Shown here: one piece after another, positions 60,665-64,000 of the stretch
Position numbering within the stretch: position 1 is the stretch's first letter
Layout of the letters: every line of letters begins with the position of its first letter
From: Mobula hypostoma
Taxonomy: Eukaryota
NCBI RefSeq assembly: GCF_963921235.1
Contig: NC_086097.1
Location: forward strand, 118,856,001 to 118,920,000
Length of the DNA stretch: 64,000 nucleotides
Direction: 5' to 3'
Notes under the pieces: model-generated
Told to the model about the DNA's origin: nothing
The model's input: the letters and a program-made list of their open reading frames with translations, nothing else
Database searches by the model: none
Translations under genes and position numbers: made by a program

Positions 60665-60896
60665 TACTTTACTTTACCTTTATTTTATTGTTGCCAAACA
60701 ATTGATACTAGAGCGTACAATCATCACAGCGATATTTGATTCTGCGCTTTGCGCTCCCTGGAGTACAAATCAATAGTAAATATTAAACATTTAAATTATA
60801 AATCATAAATAGAAAATAGAAAAGGGAAAGTAAGCTAGTGCAAAAAAACCAAGAGGCAGGACAGATATCTGGAGGGTATGGCCCAGATCCGGGTCA
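60665..60896 (-). mobile_element. Rex1/Babar-like LINE 3' UTR inserted in gag
   Basis: Same UTR as 20598-20845. Confidence 0.85.
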
Positions 60897-61269
60897 CTAT
60901 CCATAGTGGTAGAAGTTGTTGGGGTAGCAGAAAAGAAGGACCTGCGAGTTGCTGGGAGTGGAACTGAGGCAGCCAGAGGCTGCTGAATTGCGTTGGCGAG
61001 AGTGTTACTGGCTGTCTGCAATAAGTTTGTAGACAGTGAATGTGAGAGCAGAATTTGCAGACACCTGATTCTGATTGTCTGCGGAGGATGCTGTAAGGGA
61101 TGATGCCTGTTCCTCAAGATGAGAATGGGCTGTCAGCACGACATTATCTGCCTCATTGCTTCAGTAACCTCACCCAGAAAAGATGCAATTGCCTGTAGCT
61201 TGTCCCCTACCTGACCAATGAATCTCAGAGCCAAGGTCAGCTGCTTTCTCTCTGCTGGTTGAGACTTGC

Positions 61270-61657
61270 TGTCAGTTTAATCAGACATGGCCCAAGTGCA
61301 GAGTGAGAGACAGTGAAGCGGGTCAATAGTTCACAGACTTTAATGTGAACAGGGTGTTAAGAGAAAAGAAAACAATAAACACTCAGCCAAACACAGCCAT
61401 TAACTAAAACTCTCAAATGGTAAACTAGATGCCAACACTGCAGCTAAATGGAATACCCTAAACATAAAATGAATACTACTGGTCTTCAGCATCAGTCAAC
61501 TTGATAGTCCACTTTCTCAGGCAAGGCCAAATACAAGCACTGCAATGAAAAGAATGGAGTTAAATACAGTCATAATGAAATAATAGTTAGTTGTCACATG
61601 TTTACGCAGAACTGCAGTTGCTGAAACTGCTGCACAGCCTGGTGCGTGGTTGTGACA
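61270..61657 (-). mobile_element. Gypsy 5' LTR
   Basis: TGTCA...TGACA termini immediately upstream of the gag remnant. Confidence 0.65.
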
Positions 61658-61712
61658 GTTAAGTCACAGTTAAGTACAAAGGGTTTTGCTCTTTTGGTAA
61701 TCTGCTCGGAGA

Positions 61713-62165
61713 CTTAAGACAATGGCAATCCCTTCTTGTAAAGCTCAGTAACATGTGACCACTCAAGTCGAGTATGATGTTCTCCGAAGGGGTTATCTAT
61801 CGGAGGACCCTCAGATGGCTGTTGAGGCTGATTCAAGATTATCGGGTGGATTACTTTAATGGAAAACACCTGTGTGACTTTGTTTAACATGGGGAAGCTG
61901 ATGCACGAGTAGACACCACACACTCCTTGACAGATCAGGGACAAGATCCAGTGGCATAGAGTGCAAAACGACAGGAGCCTTCAGTGCTGCGGCCTTCACT
62001 GCCATCGTGATGTGTCATCATCTTCTGCCACCTCCAATACTGAGGTCATGGCTGAATCGTTCTTTGTCTGGATCACTCTTTGTCATGGGTGATCCTACTA
62101 GGAGCTAAGCACCAGATGGTTAAACTCCAGAAGACAGCACTCTGGGGATCTCAGGAACTTACACA
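61713..62165 (-). mobile_element. Probable RTE-derived non-autonomous element
   Basis: The minus strand has ctcctagtaggatcacccatg (RTE-like 5' motif) and ends catactcgacttgag...gccattgtcttaag; no ORF. Confidence 0.4.
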
Positions 62166-62204
62166 AAGGAAGGCTGATGCACAGCCAGCCACCGCACAAT
62201 CCTT

Positions 62205-64000
62205 AAAAGACAGGCATTACTAGGAAGATAACAGCATGAATAGGAGATTGGCTCAATGGCAGGAGGCAAGGAGTGGGAACAAAGTGGGGCCCTTCTGGCT
62301 GCTGGTGACTAGTGGTGTTCTGCAGGAGTCTGTTTTGGGACCGCTTCTTTTTACATTATATATTAAAGTTTCAGATGATGGAATTGATGGCTTTGTGGCC
62401 AGGTTTACAGATGATATGAAAATAGGCAGAGGGGCAGGCAGTATTGAGGAAGCAGGAAGTTTTCAGGATATTGACAAATTGGGAAAAAGGTCAAAGAAAT
62501 GGCAAGTGGAAAATAGTGTAGGGAAGTGTATGGCAATGCACTTCGGTAGAAGAAATAAAGGCATAGATCATTTAGAAACAAGGAGAAAGTTCAAAAACCC
62601 TTTTGGAAGTCCATGTGCAGGATTCCCTAAGGGTTAACTGCAGGGTGAGTTGGTGGTGAGGAAGGCAAATGCAATATTAGCATTTATTTCGACAGGTCTA
62701 CAATATAAAAGCAAGGATGTAATGCTGAGGCTTTATAAGGCATTCCTCAGACCACACTTGCAGTATTGTGAGCAGTTTTGGATGCCTTATCTAAGAAAGG
62801 ATGTGCTGACATTGGAGAGGGTCCAGAAGAGGTTCACAAAAATAATCCAGGATGGAAGTGAAAACATGTGAGAAGCATTTGATGGCTTTGAGCCTGTATT
62901 CATCGGACTTTAGAAGAGTGAAGGAGGGTCTCATTGAAACCTACTGAGTATTGAAATGTCAATATAAAGTAGACAAGGAGAGGATGTTTTCTATTGTGTG
63001 GGAGTCTAGGATCAGAGGGCATAGCCTCAGAAGAGAAGGACATCCCTTTAGAATGGGGATGAGGGGGAATTGCTTGAGCAGCTGAGTGGTGAATCTGTGG
63101 AATTTATTGCCACAGATGATTGTGGAGACAAAACCATTGGGTATATTTAAAGCAGTGGTTGATAGGTTCTTGATTAGACCATAAGACCATGAGACCATAA
63201 GATATAGGAGCAGAAATAGGCCATTCAGCCTATTGAGTCTACTCCACCATTCATTCGTGGGCTGATCCAATTCTTCCAGTCATCCCTACTCCCGTGCTTT
63301 TACCCCATACCTTTTGATGCCCTGGCTAATCAAAAACCTATCTATCTCTGCCTTAAATACACCCAATGACTTGGTCTCCACAGCTGCTTGTGGTAACAAA
63401 TTTCACAGGTTTGCCACCCTCTGATTAAAGTAATTTCTCTGCATCTCAGTTCTAAATGGATGTCCTTCAATCCTGAAGTCATGCCCTCTTGTCCTAGAAT
63501 ACCCTACCATAGGAAATAACTTTGCCATATCTAATTTGTTCAGGCCTTTTAACATTCAGAATGTTTCTATGCGATCCCCCCCTCATTCTCCTGAATTCCA
63601 GGGAATACAGCTCAAGAGCTGCCAGATGTTCCTCATACAGTAACCCTTTCATTCCTGGAATCATTCCTGTGAATCTTCTCTGAACCCTTTCGAATGTCAG
63701 AATATCCTTTCTAAAATAAGGAGCCCAAAAATGCATACAATACTCCAAGTGTCATCTAACGAGTGCCTTAGAGAGCCTCAACATCACATCCCTGCTCTTA
63801 TATTCTGTACCTCTAGAAATGAATGCCAACCTTCTTCACAACTGACTCAACCTGGAGGTTAACCTTTAGGGTATCTTGCTCAAGGACTCCCCAGTCCTCT
63901 TGCACCTCCGCATTTTGAATTCTCTCCCCATCTAAATAATAGTCTGCACATTAGTAAGGGTATCAAAGGGAATTGGGGAGAAGGAAGGGGAGGGCTAATA
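62205..64000 (+). mobile_element. CR1 3' half (plus strand), interrupted by an opposite-strand CR1 at 63178-63949
   Basis: VTSGVLQESVLGPLLF..FTDDMKIG; LQYCEQFW..LERVQKRFT; resumes at 63950. Confidence 0.88.
63178..63949 (-). mobile_element. CR1 3' portion
   Basis: EYCMHFWAPYFRKDILTFERVQRRFT; (accataag)n tail; TSD attag at 63173-63177 / 63950-63954. Confidence 0.9.

Larger units (their letters stand above)
56515..61657 (-). mobile_element. Ty3/Gypsy chromovirus remnant: 5' LTR, gag, pol (RT/RH/IN/chromo) with nested LINEs
   Basis: gag PGRYSGDPDDWRNFITQYELTF; RT VFVYLDNMLIYS; RH VKVDAS..YDVGNWELLAVKEALE; IN HGFPQDIVSDHGPHF, SGFHPQYNGQTER; chromodomain YPVDWEGYSPKE. Confidence 0.9.

Overview
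This is a 64-kb stretch of non-genic (intronic or intergenic) vertebrate DNA, most likely from a cartilaginous fish such as a ray or shark. That assignment is inferred from HE1/V-type SINEs, esterase-type CR1 LINEs and Neptune-type Penelope elements. I found no host protein-coding exon, rRNA, tRNA or CRISPR array. Every recognisable ORF is a transposon fragment, mostly decayed. The window is a nested mosaic of CR1 LINEs (two near full length), Rex1/Babar-like and RTE LINEs, Ty3/Gypsy chromovirus remnants and LTRs, Tc1/mariner remnants, tRNA-derived SINEs and about a dozen Penelope-like element (PLE) pieces. The PLE terminal repeats carry a minimal type-I hammerhead ribozyme motif, intact at 17261-17296 and 48942-48977. 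The most unusual observations are: (1) a TSD-flanked PLE insertion at 6992-7848 in which the same truncated RT-coding end, capped by TTA7-8, is re-started four times; (2) fold-back ribozyme-bearing mini-PLEs with 9-15 bp TSDs; (3) several short segments at insertion junctions that appear to be copied from DNA a few kb away. A few repeat-free islands could be conserved regulatory elements. Boundaries were read by eye and are approximate unless a TSD is given.
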